From IMG/VR virus record IMGVR_UViG_3300035670_000137, positions 12,782-76,781 of that record: DNA of 64,000 nt; one strand, given 5' to 3'. Position numbers and translations under genes: made by a program. Of this stretch, positions 29,567-40,395 are shown piece by piece. Every line of letters starts with the position of its first letter. Within the stretch, counting starts at the first letter, position 1. The notes beneath the pieces are model-generated. The model had not been told where the DNA came from. It was given only the letters and a program-made list of their open reading frames with translations, and ran no database searches. Source of the stretch: a virus.

Positions 29567-30225
29567 GCAGGAGCGGGGGCTTTTGCCCCCGTTTTTATAT
29601 GATAATAAAGACTATACAAACTTATACTATTGAATACGAAGTTCCTGATACGGAACTAATGCGATTTGAACGTTGTCTAGCAGAAGGCGACGATATTAGT
29701 GATTATGAAGTTAACCAGGAGTTCTTAGGTGAGCACATCGTCCACAGAGAGAGAACTATCTCCGGACAGGCCTCTAGTTGGCCTTTTAGTTAAAGAAGTA
29801 ATGAAACATTTAGATAATAACGAAGAAGCAGCATACCGCATATGGTTACTGCTTAGTACCAAATTTGGAGCAGGACAGAAACTGTGGCACTAGTAGAAGA
29901 ACTTTATCGTACTAACCGCAGTATTAGAACTGCCTGTGAGAACCTGGGTATCGAATTTGAAGCAGATATGTTAGAGGATCTAGAGCAGTGCTCGCACTGC
30001 AATATCTGGTATCATAGCTTTGAATTACTACCCGATTTAGACGACAATAATATTTGTAAGTTTTGTGAAAGCTATTATGGATTATGATACTAAAAGAATT
30101 TAATATACAGTTAAGAGAAAATGAAGTTAAAGTCCTAGTAGATATTTTAGGTGATTTACCAACTAAAATTGGTGTATATAATATACTTTCTAAAATTGTA
30201 GGGCAAGTTAATCTTCAAATAGAAA

Positions 30226-30831
30226 ATGAAAAACGAGAACAAGACGATCCTGAGCCTGTTTGATTATTCTGGAAGGTGGAGTCGACCCTATAAAGAGCTA
30301 GGCTACGAAGTGTACCAGGTTGATATTAAATTAGGTATTGACATTCTAGAACTAGATGTTAAAGATATGCCCTTCGATTCTTTGCACGGTATTCTAGCGG
30401 CTCCACCTTGTACTGACTTCGCGTCCAGCGGAGCGCAATATTGGAAAGTGAAAGATGCAGATGGAAGAACAGACGCTTCGTTGGCTTTGGTCGACAAAGT
30501 ACTCGAATTTGTGGACTACTACAACCCTAAATTCTGGGTACTGGAAAATCCTGTGGGAAGATTACCGAAACTCCGTGGACAATTGGGGAGTCCCTGGTAC
30601 TTCAACCCCAACGAGTTCGCTGGTTGGCTCGAGGGCGAGGAATCAGAGGCAGAGCGATATACAAAAAAGACTGGTCTCTGGGGTAGATTTAACAAACCTG
30701 AAAGAAGAAGTCTTGAGGTTACGGGCGCTTCTTGGATAATGAAGCTAGGCGGCAAATCGGAGCGAACTAAAGAACTCCGATCAATGACTCCGTTAGGCTT
30801 TGCCTATGCTTTTTGCGCTGCAAATCCTTGA
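30226..30831 (+). CDS. Short C5-cytosine DNA methyltransferase
   Basis: ILSLFD.SG (motif I), APPCTDF (motif IV), LENP (motif VI). Confidence 0.85.
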   Translation: MKNENKTILSLFDYSGRWSRPYKELGYEVYQVDIKLGIDILELDVKDMPFDSLHGILAAPPCTDFASSGAQYWKVKDADGRTDASLALVDKVLEFVDYYNPKFWVLENPVGRLPKLRGQLGSPWYFNPNEFAGWLEGEESEAERYTKKTGLWGRFNKPERRSLEVTGASWIMKLGGKSERTKELRSMTPLGFAYAFCAANP

Positions 30832-30882
30832 CTTGATTTCTTAGCCTAGTCTTGCTATAATATTATTTCTGAGTCGGACAAA

Positions 30883-30958
30883 GCCCCGATAGTCTAGTGG
30901 ATGAGGCAACGGTCTTCTAAACCGTTCTAGGTTGGTTCGAATCCAACTCGGGGTGCCA
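30883..30958 (+). tRNA. tRNA-Arg(UCU)
   Basis: Cloverleaf, anticodon TCT, TTCGAAT T-loop, encoded CCA. Confidence 0.95.
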
Positions 30959-31453
30959 AATAAGGAGAAAGCATGTTTGATTTTAATTCGATCTATCGTG
31001 TAGAGTTTAGTGATCATGCAGTTCGTAATATGCTAGAAACTTTGGGTAAGGTATATGATCCTAAAGTGTTATATGACTTCTTTGATATGTTTGCAGGACA
31101 GGATAGTTTAAATGGATACTCTCTCTAAAGCTATCCAGTTCGTAATGGAGTTCTATAAGATAGATTACGATACTGCTGTAAAGTATTACATGGATGAAAT
31201 TGAAGCCTACATTAGAATATTGAATTGGGAATATGATGAGCGAGCGAATTAAGGAACTTATAGCCCAGGCTATGATTGAAGCTCCACACGAAATGGGCGG
31301 CAAGTATAAGGCATTCAGTAAAGAGAAGTTCGCAGAGTTGATTATTAAAGAATGCGTCCATATCGCTAACGAATATGTTAGGGAAGGTGGTGCCAGTCAA
31401 ACTGCTGAATCTCTGATTGGTAAACGAATTAAAGAACACTTTGGAGTAAAATA

Positions 31454-31795
31454 ATGTACGAGTATTATCCAGATCGCTGGGTAATTGTTAAACTCACCAA
31501 TAAAAAAGGCATTAGCCATAATCGTGTATTTGCAGGTTGGTATGGCGGATATACTGGTGGTGATTCCTGGAAGCTAAATTCAGGTATTGTTGCTGAAGAA
31601 GTTACAGAAGATTATTACGATTTTGTTGGTGATAGCGGAAGTGTTTATCGCTGCTATAAAAATGCTTACGGTATGTCAGGATATATGGCAAGCGTATTAG
31701 CTAATTGGCAAAGCGAGGAAAACCCTACAGTAACTATTGAAATATATGGAGGAAAATATGAAGCGGAATGTTTACGCCAAGGAAGTAAGAACTAA
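31454..31795 (+). CDS. Conserved phage hypothetical protein
   Basis: PDRWVIV...W.GGY..GDSWKLNSGI motif common in large phages. Confidence 0.75.
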   Translation: MYEYYPDRWVIVKLTNKKGISHNRVFAGWYGGYTGGDSWKLNSGIVAEEVTEDYYDFVGDSGSVYRCYKNAYGMSGYMASVLANWQSEENPTVTIEIYGGKYEAECLRQGSKN

Positions 31796-32252
31796 TCCGC
31801 TATATCGTATGAGGATTGTTAAGAGCAAGAAGTGTTTTAAGCGTCATGAAAAGCATAGGACTAATCATGCTCAAGCAGTTGAATGATCGTCGTGCAGAAA
31901 ACTTAGAGTTCCGGTTAGACCAAGCTTATAGAGTAATAAACGAACTAATCGGTGCTCTAACTTGTCCACATGAAGAACTAAGAATGCTAGCTCGAGATGT
32001 AGCAGTTAGCTATATGGAGAGTGTAAATGAAAGCCAAACTGTTAGCCAAACTAGAAAGTGAATTGCTTAGGTACAACAAACTGCGTCAAGAACTAATTAG
32101 TATCAATTGGATTCGTAACAAAAAAGAAGTAGATCGTGTAGTAGCTTTGCTGTATGAATCAAATAAGTTAATTGCTCAGTACAGAGCAGATTATAATGAG
32201 TTTATGAATTCTGATCTTGAATCACTGAGTTAAAGCCTGTATAATATTATTC

Positions 32253-32785
32253 ATACGATGAGGGAACGCAGCCGACTCCGACATTCAAAGGACACGGAAA
32301 GCGTCGCAAGGCAAGTACGTCATCGGACATACCATGAGTTTTTAAGTCCAAGTTCTCAGAAAAACTTTTTAGTACTGACCTAGCTAACCACAATCCTGGA
32401 CGCCAGGCGGCGGGAAGAGTCCAGTGGTCTTATAAACATGAGTTCCCGAACCTCAGAAAATCGGATAAGAGAGCATCACTAGAGTAAAGCGCGTATTCAT
32501 CGTGAGCGACTCAACATGACGGTGTGGAGAGACCACTGCCGAGTCTAGACAGAAAAATCAATAGGACGGTCAAGCACTCCTATCTCTGTTAGCAAGCCGA
32601 GCGAAACTTGACACGTTGCTGGCGTTCTAAATCGACCTTATAAATTTAGCGGATACGGGCTTCACGATACGAAGCCCCTTTAGTAAGTATAGTGTAAAGC
32701 GCGAGGATGTCGCGGTTAGTTGCAGCTAGCGAGGTAATTCACCTGCAAGTGTTTACTGACTTTTCACTGTACTTTCTAAAGGAGG
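32253..32785 (+). ncRNA. ORF-free structured RNA tract
   Basis: Follows promoter at 32217; several hairpins, two related pseudoknot motifs, long closing stem 32677-32783. Confidence 0.55.
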
Positions 32786-33330
32786 TTAAGTATGCGATCA
32801 TATGCAGTTATTTGTAAGATTAATTGGGAAGTAATTGGTGAAGTATATGCAGCAACATATAACCAAGCACTGACCCTAGCCCGCAACAAGTTTTACTGGA
32901 CTGAAGTGGCTGTAGCACTTGATTGTCCGGATTCACTCACTTTGGATGCAGCATGAACGAGTCTATTTCTTTGCACATAATTGTAACACCTCTCGACAAT
33001 GGCGATTTTAGGATCTATTCGAAAGAGTGCAATGCTGAGTATGTAGTAAATAAAAACCAGGTGGAAAGAGAAGTAGGTTCTCTTGCTAAGTTCTGGTGGG
33101 CGGCACAAGAAATTTCATCTTGATTTTTCTTAGCGAACCGCGTATAATATTAAAATGATGTGAGAGAACGCAAGGGGAAACAATCGCGATGAGTACCCTT
33201 GCCGGCTCTTTGAAGATAATTTAATGCAGTTCACTTGGTGTTCCTAGTGTTCAATCGGGAATATAAGAACTTAATTGGGACTGAAATATAGGCTACGGTT
33301 CCAGCCAAGTATACTGCCTTAAGTTATTTT

Positions 33331-33415
33331 GGGTGATCGGCAGAGTTGGAGGGCTGCGGCGGGCTGTAACCCCGTAACCACTGGTTAGTAGGTTCGAATC
33401 CTTCATCACCCACCA
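33331..33415 (+). tRNA. tRNA-Tyr(GUA)
   Basis: Cloverleaf with variable arm, CCA. Confidence 0.92.
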
Positions 33416-33421
33416 ATCAAC

Positions 33422-33497
33422 GGAGCACTCGTCTATCGGTTTAGGACATCGCCCTTTCACGGCGGGAAGAGGAGTTCGATTCTCCTGTGCTCTACCA
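33422..33497 (+). tRNA. tRNA-Glu(UUC)
   Basis: Cloverleaf, CCA. Confidence 0.95.
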
Positions 33498-33780
33498 GTC
33501 AAGGAAAGCAAATGGATTACTATATTGTATATAATTCAGACGGAAGAATAGTACAGAAGTTTGCTTTCCGTTCCAGTTTATCAGAATATATGAAGACCGC
33601 ATATGATATGGGTAATAAGGTTACATATCGCAGATTTAAACTTTAGTAGAATAGGGGACACCTGGCGCTGTGCGAATCCCCCGCATGAAGTAGCCACCTA
33701 AATTACATAGACAATTTGAGTAATCAGACCGATCTAGTAGTCTTAGATGCCTAGGTCGCCGGACGCTGTAACCGGCTAAG

Positions 33781-33959
33781 TATATTTAGAAGGCCTGTTC
33801 CAGATGGTTGGAGTTAATCGTACTAGCCGGCCAGCTAGTAAGTGTCTTAGTGGTTTCTGTGACCGAGATCGCAAATCGGTACATCCATACTGAAGTCTGC
33901 AGCTTTACAGATGACACGAGATTAATGAGGTTCGACTCCTCACGGGCCTTCTAAGTATA
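33781..33959 (+). ncRNA. tRNA-like structured RNA (T-arm, long closing stem)
   Basis: TATATTTAGAAGGCCTGT pairs with ACGGGCCTTCTAAGTATA; T-arm GAGG-TTCGACT-CCTC. Confidence 0.65.
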
Positions 33960-34127
33960 TTTAAGGAATTAAAATGTCAGCAGACGACTTAATTATTATT
34001 TACAGGTGGGCAGATGGTACATGGTGCGAGCCAGAAGAACTAGAAGATATGCTAACCTGGAAAAGTGATGACTTCGAAGTATTATCACTAACACTTGAAG
34101 AATTTCAAGACTTATTGTAAAGAATAC

Positions 34128-34210
34128 GGGCGAGTGGCGTAATTGGTAGCCGCGCTGGTCTTAGAAGCCAGTCCTTCGGGGTGAGAGTTCGAGTCTCTCC
34201 TCGCCCACCA
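34128..34210 (+). tRNA. tRNA-Leu(UAG)
   Basis: Class II cloverleaf, CCA. Confidence 0.95.
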
Positions 34211-34439
34211 AATCTATATGAAAACATACGAATATACTCTAACATACTTAAAAGCAAATAAAGAAAGAACTAGATATATTGCTGGTTCTGAGGGTAAATA
34301 TGTTCAGATAATGCAACATACCCTTGATGTAGTGGCGTACATATATGAAAAGCAACCTATAGATGTACTAAACGATTTTGCAGATGTTAAATTAGATAAA
34401 TAATGGCCGAGTGGTGAAATTGGTATACACAAGGGACTT

Positions 34440-35099
34440 AATTAAATTTGAGCACTAAGATAGGAATATTTTATGTGAATGTTGTCAAATTCGGTGAAAG
34501 CTAAGTCGAAAGATATGCTAATACCGAGCCAAGCTTGAGGTTGTATATGGGTTATGAAACTAAGTACGCTAACTGGAAAGAATTGGTAATTGAAGCTTCA
34601 CAAACTACTAATTCAGCTACAGAAGCAGCAGCTAAGTTAGATATTAAATACGATACTTATAAGAAGTATGCAATTAAGTATGGAGTATTTAAAACTAATC
34701 AAGCTGGTATAGGGGTTTCCAAACCTAAGCAGGATAATATAGGAAAAATACCGTTAATTGATATTTTGGAAGGAAAACACCCTCAATATCAGTCCAATAA
34801 ACTAAGGCTTCGACTACTGTCGGAAAAGGTATTTATACATAGATGCAGTGGTTGTGATCTAGAACTATGGTTGGGTAATCCAATACCATTAGAGCTAGAT
34901 CATATTGATGGTAATTCATCTAATCACCTATTAGAGAATTTAAGACTACTGTGCCCTAATTGTCATGCTCTAACCTCTACATATAGAGGTAGAAATAAAC
35001 TTCAAGAAGGTGTAGAGACTAGATGGCAACCATCCAGACCGGATGAAGGTATAGTCCAGACCACGAAATGAACAGTGTAGTGAAAACTATAGTGGTATG
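34440..35099 (+). mobile_element. Group I intron (tRNA-Leu type) carrying a homing endonuclease
   Basis: Core P AAATTCGGTGAAA, Q AATACCGAGCCAAG, R GTAGAGACTAGATGG, S AAGGTATAGTCC; terminal G; insertion after U34. Confidence 0.93.
34547..35071 (+). CDS. Intron-encoded HNH homing endonuclease
   Basis: CSGC...LELDHIDGNSSNH..ENLRLLCPNCH. Confidence 0.92.
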   Translation: MGYETKYANWKELVIEASQTTNSATEAAAKLDIKYDTYKKYAIKYGVFKTNQAGIGVSKPKQDNIGKIPLIDILEGKHPQYQSNKLRLRLLSEKVFIHRCSGCDLELWLGNPIPLELDHIDGNSSNHLLENLRLLCPNCHALTSTYRGRNKLQEGVETRWQPSRPDEGIVQTTK

Positions 35100-35544
35100 A
35101 AAATCCCTCGCTTATGGCATGCCGGTTCAAGTCCGGCCTCGGCTACCAGGAGATAAAATGAAAGTACGTGTTGATCTTGATAGTTGTACGCAATTCTATA
35201 TGCAGGATGAGGAAGTACTCTCTATTCTAGATCCTGATGGTTATTACAAGACTATTGAAGTACCATTTACCCTAGTCGCTGAATATCGCAGACTAGCTGA
35301 AGAAAACGATAAGATGCAAGCAATTCTAAAGAAGATCTATTATGAAAATTTCCGAGCTGATCTCAAAACTGCAGCAGCTTAATCACGATCATTGGGCTGC
35401 AATGAAACAAGTAACTCCAATGGGTCACCAAATTCCAGAGCCTGATATTTATGTAGAGCAGTGGGATGGGGTAGAAGGATTTCAAGGTTTCACTAAAGAA
35501 ATCGACGTAATCCTAGACCTGGGCACTGGAGTACAGATTATTCC

Positions 35545-35621
<77 letters not shown>

Positions 35622-35641
35622 GATAAAGAAAGGGGCATAGT

Positions 35642-36169
35642 ATGGCAAATATATTCTTTGCCTCAGATCATCACCTGGGGCATGAAAACATGCTCAAGTT
35701 TAAGAGAAATGATGATAGTCCACTAAGGGATTTTTCACACGTCGATCATATGAATGAATATATCATAGAACGACATAATGCTAGAGTTAGACCAGGTGAT
35801 AAAACCTACTTTCTAGGTGATGTAGTTATGTCACATAAGTGGCTATATCTCCTAGATAGAATGAATGGTGAGAAGGTACTGATTAAAGGAAACCACGATA
35901 CTGCTAAACTATCTCAGTATACTCCTTATTTCAAGGATATTCGCGGTAGTCATCAGTTTTCTGGCATTATAATGACTCACATACCAATTCATTCTGAGTG
36001 TCTAGCTAGATGGGGTGTTAATATTCATGGGCATCTACACTACCATAAAATTATGGATCAGTATGGTAGACCAGATAAGCGTTATTACAACGTAAGTATG
36101 GAATGCCTAAAAGATTATACACCGATCAGCTTAGAGGAAATAAAATCTGAACTTGATCTCATGGCTTAA
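35642..36169 (+). CDS. Calcineurin-like metallophosphoesterase
   Basis: SDHHLGH, LGD, GNHD, HGHLH. Confidence 0.9.
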   Translation: MANIFFASDHHLGHENMLKFKRNDDSPLRDFSHVDHMNEYIIERHNARVRPGDKTYFLGDVVMSHKWLYLLDRMNGEKVLIKGNHDTAKLSQYTPYFKDIRGSHQFSGIIMTHIPIHSECLARWGVNIHGHLHYHKIMDQYGRPDKRYYNVSMECLKDYTPISLEEIKSELDLMA

Positions 36170-36280
36170 TCTTGCTATAATATTATTTCTGAAGTGCGGA
36201 AGGCAATATGAATGAGATACTTCGTTAGGCATTCCAAATTTCAGACTTGATTTTGTTAATCGAAGCCTGTATAATATTCA

Positions 36281-37686
36281 TATACACTGAGGAAAGCGAA
36301 TAGCGCTTAACGACGGTTAAGCTACTCGGGCGCAAACGGCGGGTGACGCGTCCTGATATAATCAGACCTCCGCTACGGACAGTTAGCTGCTGACTCCCAA
36401 ATTGGTCACTTAGTGTATAACTTAGTAGTGTGGACTAGTGCGAAGCAGGTATGAAGTGAGGCTCAGGCGGAACGGAGTCTGTGAACCGGAGTGAAGCATA
36501 CTAAGATAGCTTTATTAGGGAGCTTAATATCCTAGTACGGTGGTAGTAGTCGGAACTACTCCAACGCTTGAAGGTAAGTGCTTGCAGAACTGGTGTGACA
36601 ATCGGTCAATATTCTGCATAAACCTTCATTAGTTAGTACGATAAGCCTGTTGGGGTATTCAGAATATCCCGTTCAAAAGGTTCAAATCCTGGTTAAGCAT
36701 GGCGTGCTGAACAGGGCAAGATAAACTAACTAATATAAACCTACTGATGATCTGAGGTGGTAACTCAGTGAAACGGCAGACAATCTAGCGAATAGTCGCG
36801 AACTACTCAATATAGTTCCCTACATAGCGGTCTGTCCGTATAGGTAAACCAAGAAGTGTGGATAACTGCCATGCCACTAGCGAGGAAGTCAACGCTCCTC
36901 AATATATGACAACGATAGTACGTTGCATTGACCCAAGGGTTAGGGGCTATAGTTCAAAATGGCCTGTCTTACTTAACCCGATCCCTATCGGCATATGTTG
37001 CAGAATAATATAGAACCTTGGTAAAACGGGTTGTGCTATCCGGCCTATAGAAATAAGAGGATAGCATTGGTGAGTACTATAAGTTCGCAAATGTTCCTAT
37101 AGTAAAGGACGATTGGAAATCGACCACCTGGTCATAAGAGCCGAGACCTTATAAATAGGCAGTTTCCGTGGCTTGAAGCGGATTAGAGTGGGTATTGAGA
37201 GTACAGACACTATAAACAAGCAACTCTCTAGTGGTGCAACCCACTATTGAAAAACTAATAGTGCAACATTACGGAATTTAAGCACTTTAATCCTAGAAAT
37301 TCCTAGGCCATGCCACAAGCCGAATATAACTGTAGATTGCTTGAGTCACCCGTACTCAGACACACACGGTAGGATACTGTCGACGTCCCGTAGAGAAGAG
37401 TTTTAAACTAGTAGTGTTTCTGCTTCTATCTGACTACGAAAAACGGTAAATCAGTTTCAGATAACGTGTAACTCCGTATGAAACGTCTATTAGATGCCTT
37501 TGTACTTTGAGCATTAATCAAATGTTGACTAGCCTGACGCTGGCTACGAGTCCCGTAAGGACAGTACGTAGTGATGGGATCCTGACCAAGTCACTAAAAT
37601 CTTGTGGTAAGGGGCAAAGGCTGGATATTCGTATCCGGCCTTTGTTTTCTCTAGGTATTATTAGTTTAGTACCTAGAGAAAACAAA
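36281..37686 (+). ncRNA. ~1.4 kb tract of structured RNAs without credible ORFs
   Basis: Follows promoter at 36248; series of stem-closed domains; includes a hammerhead. Confidence 0.6.
36739..36845 (+). ncRNA. Hammerhead ribozyme (type I)
   Basis: Stem I ACCUA/UAGGU, core CUGAUGA, stem II CUGAG/CUCAG, GAAA, stem III ACGG-CAGAC/GUCUG-u-CCGU, cleavage triplet GUA. Confidence 0.8.
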
Positions 37687-37697
37687 GGAGAGCCTAA

Positions 37698-37919
37698 ATG
37701 ATTGAATGCATGAACGCTAAAGAATATATTACTTTCGACCCTAAATTGCAAGAACACCTCCAGGCTTACTACACTCTCCACTATCGTGGAAAGCAGAGTA
37801 ATCTGAGATTTCGCTTGGAGAAACCCTTTACTAACGTAGTTGCTATGATGCAGCATAAGATCTGCGAAATGCAACTGCAGCAATCCATTAAAGGATTTGC
37901 ACTCGACCTGAGGTATTAA
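37698..37919 (+). CDS. Hypothetical protein
   Basis: AGGAG RBS; ORF. Confidence 0.65.
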   Translation: MIECMNAKEYITFDPKLQEHLQAYYTLHYRGKQSNLRFRLEKPFTNVVAMMQHKICEMQLQQSIKGFALDLRY

Positions 37920-37920
37920 T

Positions 37921-38673
37921 ATGCTAGTCAAACTGCTATCGGATCTACACCTGCACGGTAATAATCCGTTTCGCTATGTCGATCACGGAGAGCACGTTTG
38001 CATCCTAGCAGGTGATATTTCAGAAGGTATGCATGGTGTGGAATGGGCGCTGGCTCGTATTCCTCGCCATATCCAGGTACTGTATGTTCCTGGCAACCAC
38101 GAGTATTACGGGCAGGACTATCCTGCTCTTAATGCTCGCTTTGCACATCATAATACCTTAGGTACTCATGTGCACGTTATGTTGAATTCAGTATTTACCA
38201 AAGACAATTGGGACGTAGAATTTGTAGGAACTACGCTTTGGTCGGACTTCAACCTGTATGACAACCCTGTACGCCATGCTATTTCTTGGAAAATGGGTCT
38301 TAATGACTCTAGGTGGATTAAGTGCAATTCGCATACGATCACGCCTCAACACTTCCAGAATTGGAATAGCCAGGCATTAGTGTTTCTGAAGCAAGTTGCA
38401 GAAACCCCCACAAATAAGTCTCGTGTACTTGTAACACACTACTGCCCCGATTTGTCGGTGGCGCCCAAGTACCGAAACGATCCGCTAACTCCTGGATTTG
38501 CTACGCGTATTCCTGTGGATACGCATGAAAAGTTCCAGTACCATTTCCATGGGCATACTCACTCTAGTATGAATTACGAGTATAACTATGGGACTAAGGT
38601 AGTCTGTAATCCTAGAGGATATGGTTACGAAAATATGTCAGGATTTAATGAGGAGTTAGTGTTAGATATTTGA
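37921..38673 (+). CDS. Metallophosphoesterase
   Basis: SDLH, AGDI, PGNHEYY, HGHTH, NPRGY. Confidence 0.9.
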   Translation: MLVKLLSDLHLHGNNPFRYVDHGEHVCILAGDISEGMHGVEWALARIPRHIQVLYVPGNHEYYGQDYPALNARFAHHNTLGTHVHVMLNSVFTKDNWDVEFVGTTLWSDFNLYDNPVRHAISWKMGLNDSRWIKCNSHTITPQHFQNWNSQALVFLKQVAETPTNKSRVLVTHYCPDLSVAPKYRNDPLTPGFATRIPVDTHEKFQYHFHGHTHSSMNYEYNYGTKVVCNPRGYGYENMSGFNEELVLDI

Positions 38674-38683
38674 AAGGAGTTCT

Positions 38684-39268
38684 ATGGAACCCATGTCTAA
38701 CTACTACTTTAACGGTAAGTGTTATGTAAAGCGAAGTAAATGGCCTAGACGAATCAGGGCTTCAATATCCGCCCTGTTCGTCGCCTTTGCGACAACTTTT
38801 ACATACGAACCAAGTTATGCACAGTATCAATTATTCAAGAGTGATAAAGTTAAGTATGTGGAATACATACAAGACAATAACCCTAGAATAACAGGATCAG
38901 AAGCTCGAGAAATAGCAATAGCAGCTATTAAATGGGCGCAAGAGTTTAAAGTGGATGAAAAACTGCTTCTAGCGATGGCTAAAGTAGAGTCCAATTTTCA
39001 TAAGCATGCCATTAGTTCATCAGGAGCATATGGCATAATGCAGGTAATACCAGTATGGCACAAGCCCAAGATCTTGGAGGCACGTAACAAGCTAGGAAAT
39101 CCAGAACTTTTTAATATAAATACAAACCTATTCCTAGGTGCTTGGGTATTTAGAGACTGTACGTTAAACAGTACAACTTTGAATAAAGCATTACTCTGCT
39201 ATTCTGGACAAACACCAGGCTACGACCAAAAGGTTTTGGCGGAGTACAATGAGCTTAAAAAATTATGA
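38684..39268 (+). CDS. Lytic transglycosylase (SLT domain) with N-terminal hydrophobic anchor
   Basis: AKVESNF...SSSGAYGIMQV...N...GA. Confidence 0.88.
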   Translation: MEPMSNYYFNGKCYVKRSKWPRRIRASISALFVAFATTFTYEPSYAQYQLFKSDKVKYVEYIQDNNPRITGSEAREIAIAAIKWAQEFKVDEKLLLAMAKVESNFHKHAISSSGAYGIMQVIPVWHKPKILEARNKLGNPELFNINTNLFLGAWVFRDCTLNSTTLNKALLCYSGQTPGYDQKVLAEYNELKKL

Positions 39269-39625
39269 CTTGATTTTATTTTACATCAAGTGTATAATAT
39301 TATTTTAAGTGAGGAAAACATGGCAAAGGCTTATACTAAAGAGTTTTTGATTGATGTTTATATGCACAAGTATATCAAGTGTGGATTTATTCCTATTGAG
39401 GACTTGTGCAACCTCGAAGAATTAGCTATCAAATTCTACGATAAAGTGGGACGAGATGAATTCAGAAAATACGCAGATGTCACCCCAGAAAGAATCAAAG
39501 ACTATAACCTACAGGCTAGTGTATAGTGATGAATCTGAAGTGATTAAAACATTCGCTTCTGAAAAAGAAGCTGCATGGTTTATTCACAATGAAGGTGATC
39601 ATATAGTATATTGCAATAGAATTGT

Positions 39626-39701
39626 CGCAGGCTAGAGAAACGGCATCTCGCCACCCTCATAAGGTGGAGGTACCTGGTTCGACTCCAGGGCTCTGCAACC
39701 A
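39626..39701 (+). tRNA. tRNA-Met(CAU), initiator-like
   Basis: C1:A72 mismatch, anticodon CAT, CCA; acceptor stem slightly irregular. Confidence 0.8.
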
Positions 39702-39703
39702 AT

Positions 39704-39773
39704 AGAGATAGATCAGGGATCACTAGACTTTCATAAGGTTTACAGTTGGGATCGTTACCCAATGTCTCTACCA
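39704..39773 (+). ncRNA. Non-canonical short tRNA-like RNA, anticodon CAU
   Basis: AGAGATA/TGTCTCT acceptor + ACCA, minimal D arm GATC/GATC, loop TTCATAA, atypical T loop. Confidence 0.65.
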
Positions 39774-39781
39774 GTTTTTGT

Positions 39782-39857
39782 TGGCAAGTAGCTCAGAGGT
39801 AGTAGCGATGCGCTGTTAACGCATTGGTCGTAGGTTCGATCCCTACCTTGCCAGCCA
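39782..39857 (+). tRNA. tRNA-Asn(GUU)
   Basis: Cloverleaf, CCA. Confidence 0.93.
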
Positions 39858-39859
39858 CA

Positions 39860-40302
39860 GAACATAGGTGCCTCCGGCTATGTTGTCCATCCCTAGGACA
39901 TTATCCGCAACGTGGGCGAAAAATAGATATGTAGGCAGGGTTCATATCTATCCTTATTAAGAACTGCTGAGGGTCGTCGCCCAACAGTGAAAAGACTAGC
40001 AGAACATGAACTTTAGGGAGTTCTATAGCTATCCCATTCGCAAGAGTGGGTAAATTAAACCTGATCCTAAAGCGTGTCAGATTTCGTGTTCCCACACGAC
40101 AACAGACCTAATCAGGACACATCCGAACTAAGACGGTAGTACGGCCTCCGGGAAGAGTTGCTCATATGTAGCGTAAAAATTCTTAGTCAGGTTTAATTTA
40201 TAAGTGTGGCCCTACCCAAGGGGTGTGAGACAGTGGTTGGAAGGATCTCACTGCATCTAGGAGTCATCCGGTGACACGGAACCTAGTAAACCTACCACAC
40301 AG
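39860..40302 (+). ncRNA. Structured tract between tRNA genes
   Basis: No credible ORF; several hairpins. Confidence 0.45.
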
Positions 40303-40309
40303 GATTTTT

Positions 40310-40384
40310 GGGGGATTCGTATACTGGGTATTACTCCTGTTTTGCAAGCAGGAAAAAGCGGATCGTAACCGCTATCCTCCACCA
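40310..40384 (+). tRNA. tRNA-Ala(UGC)
   Basis: G3:U70, anticodon TGC, CCA. Confidence 0.9.
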
Positions 40385-40395
40385 TAGTTTTAAAT

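Larger units (their letters stand above)
34405..35148 (+). tRNA. tRNA-Leu(UAA), split by intron (exons 34405-34439 and 35100-35148)
   Basis: Joined exons give AGGGA-CTT^AAAA-TCCCT anticodon arm; GGCCGAG/CTCGGCT acceptor stem; CCA. Confidence 0.93.

Noticed and set aside
36328-36380. c-di-GMP-I riboswitch (GCAAAC...GACGC)
   Set aside because: P2/P3 with GNRA-receptor and GCAAAG not present
37523-37548. GTTGACTAGCC resembling a Y RNA 3' strand or IscB omega-RNA
   Set aside because: No complementary 5' strand found and no IscB/TnpB gene nearby
39858-39930. tRNA-associated HDV-like (theta) ribozyme
   Set aside because: Could not assemble the nested double pseudoknot by eye
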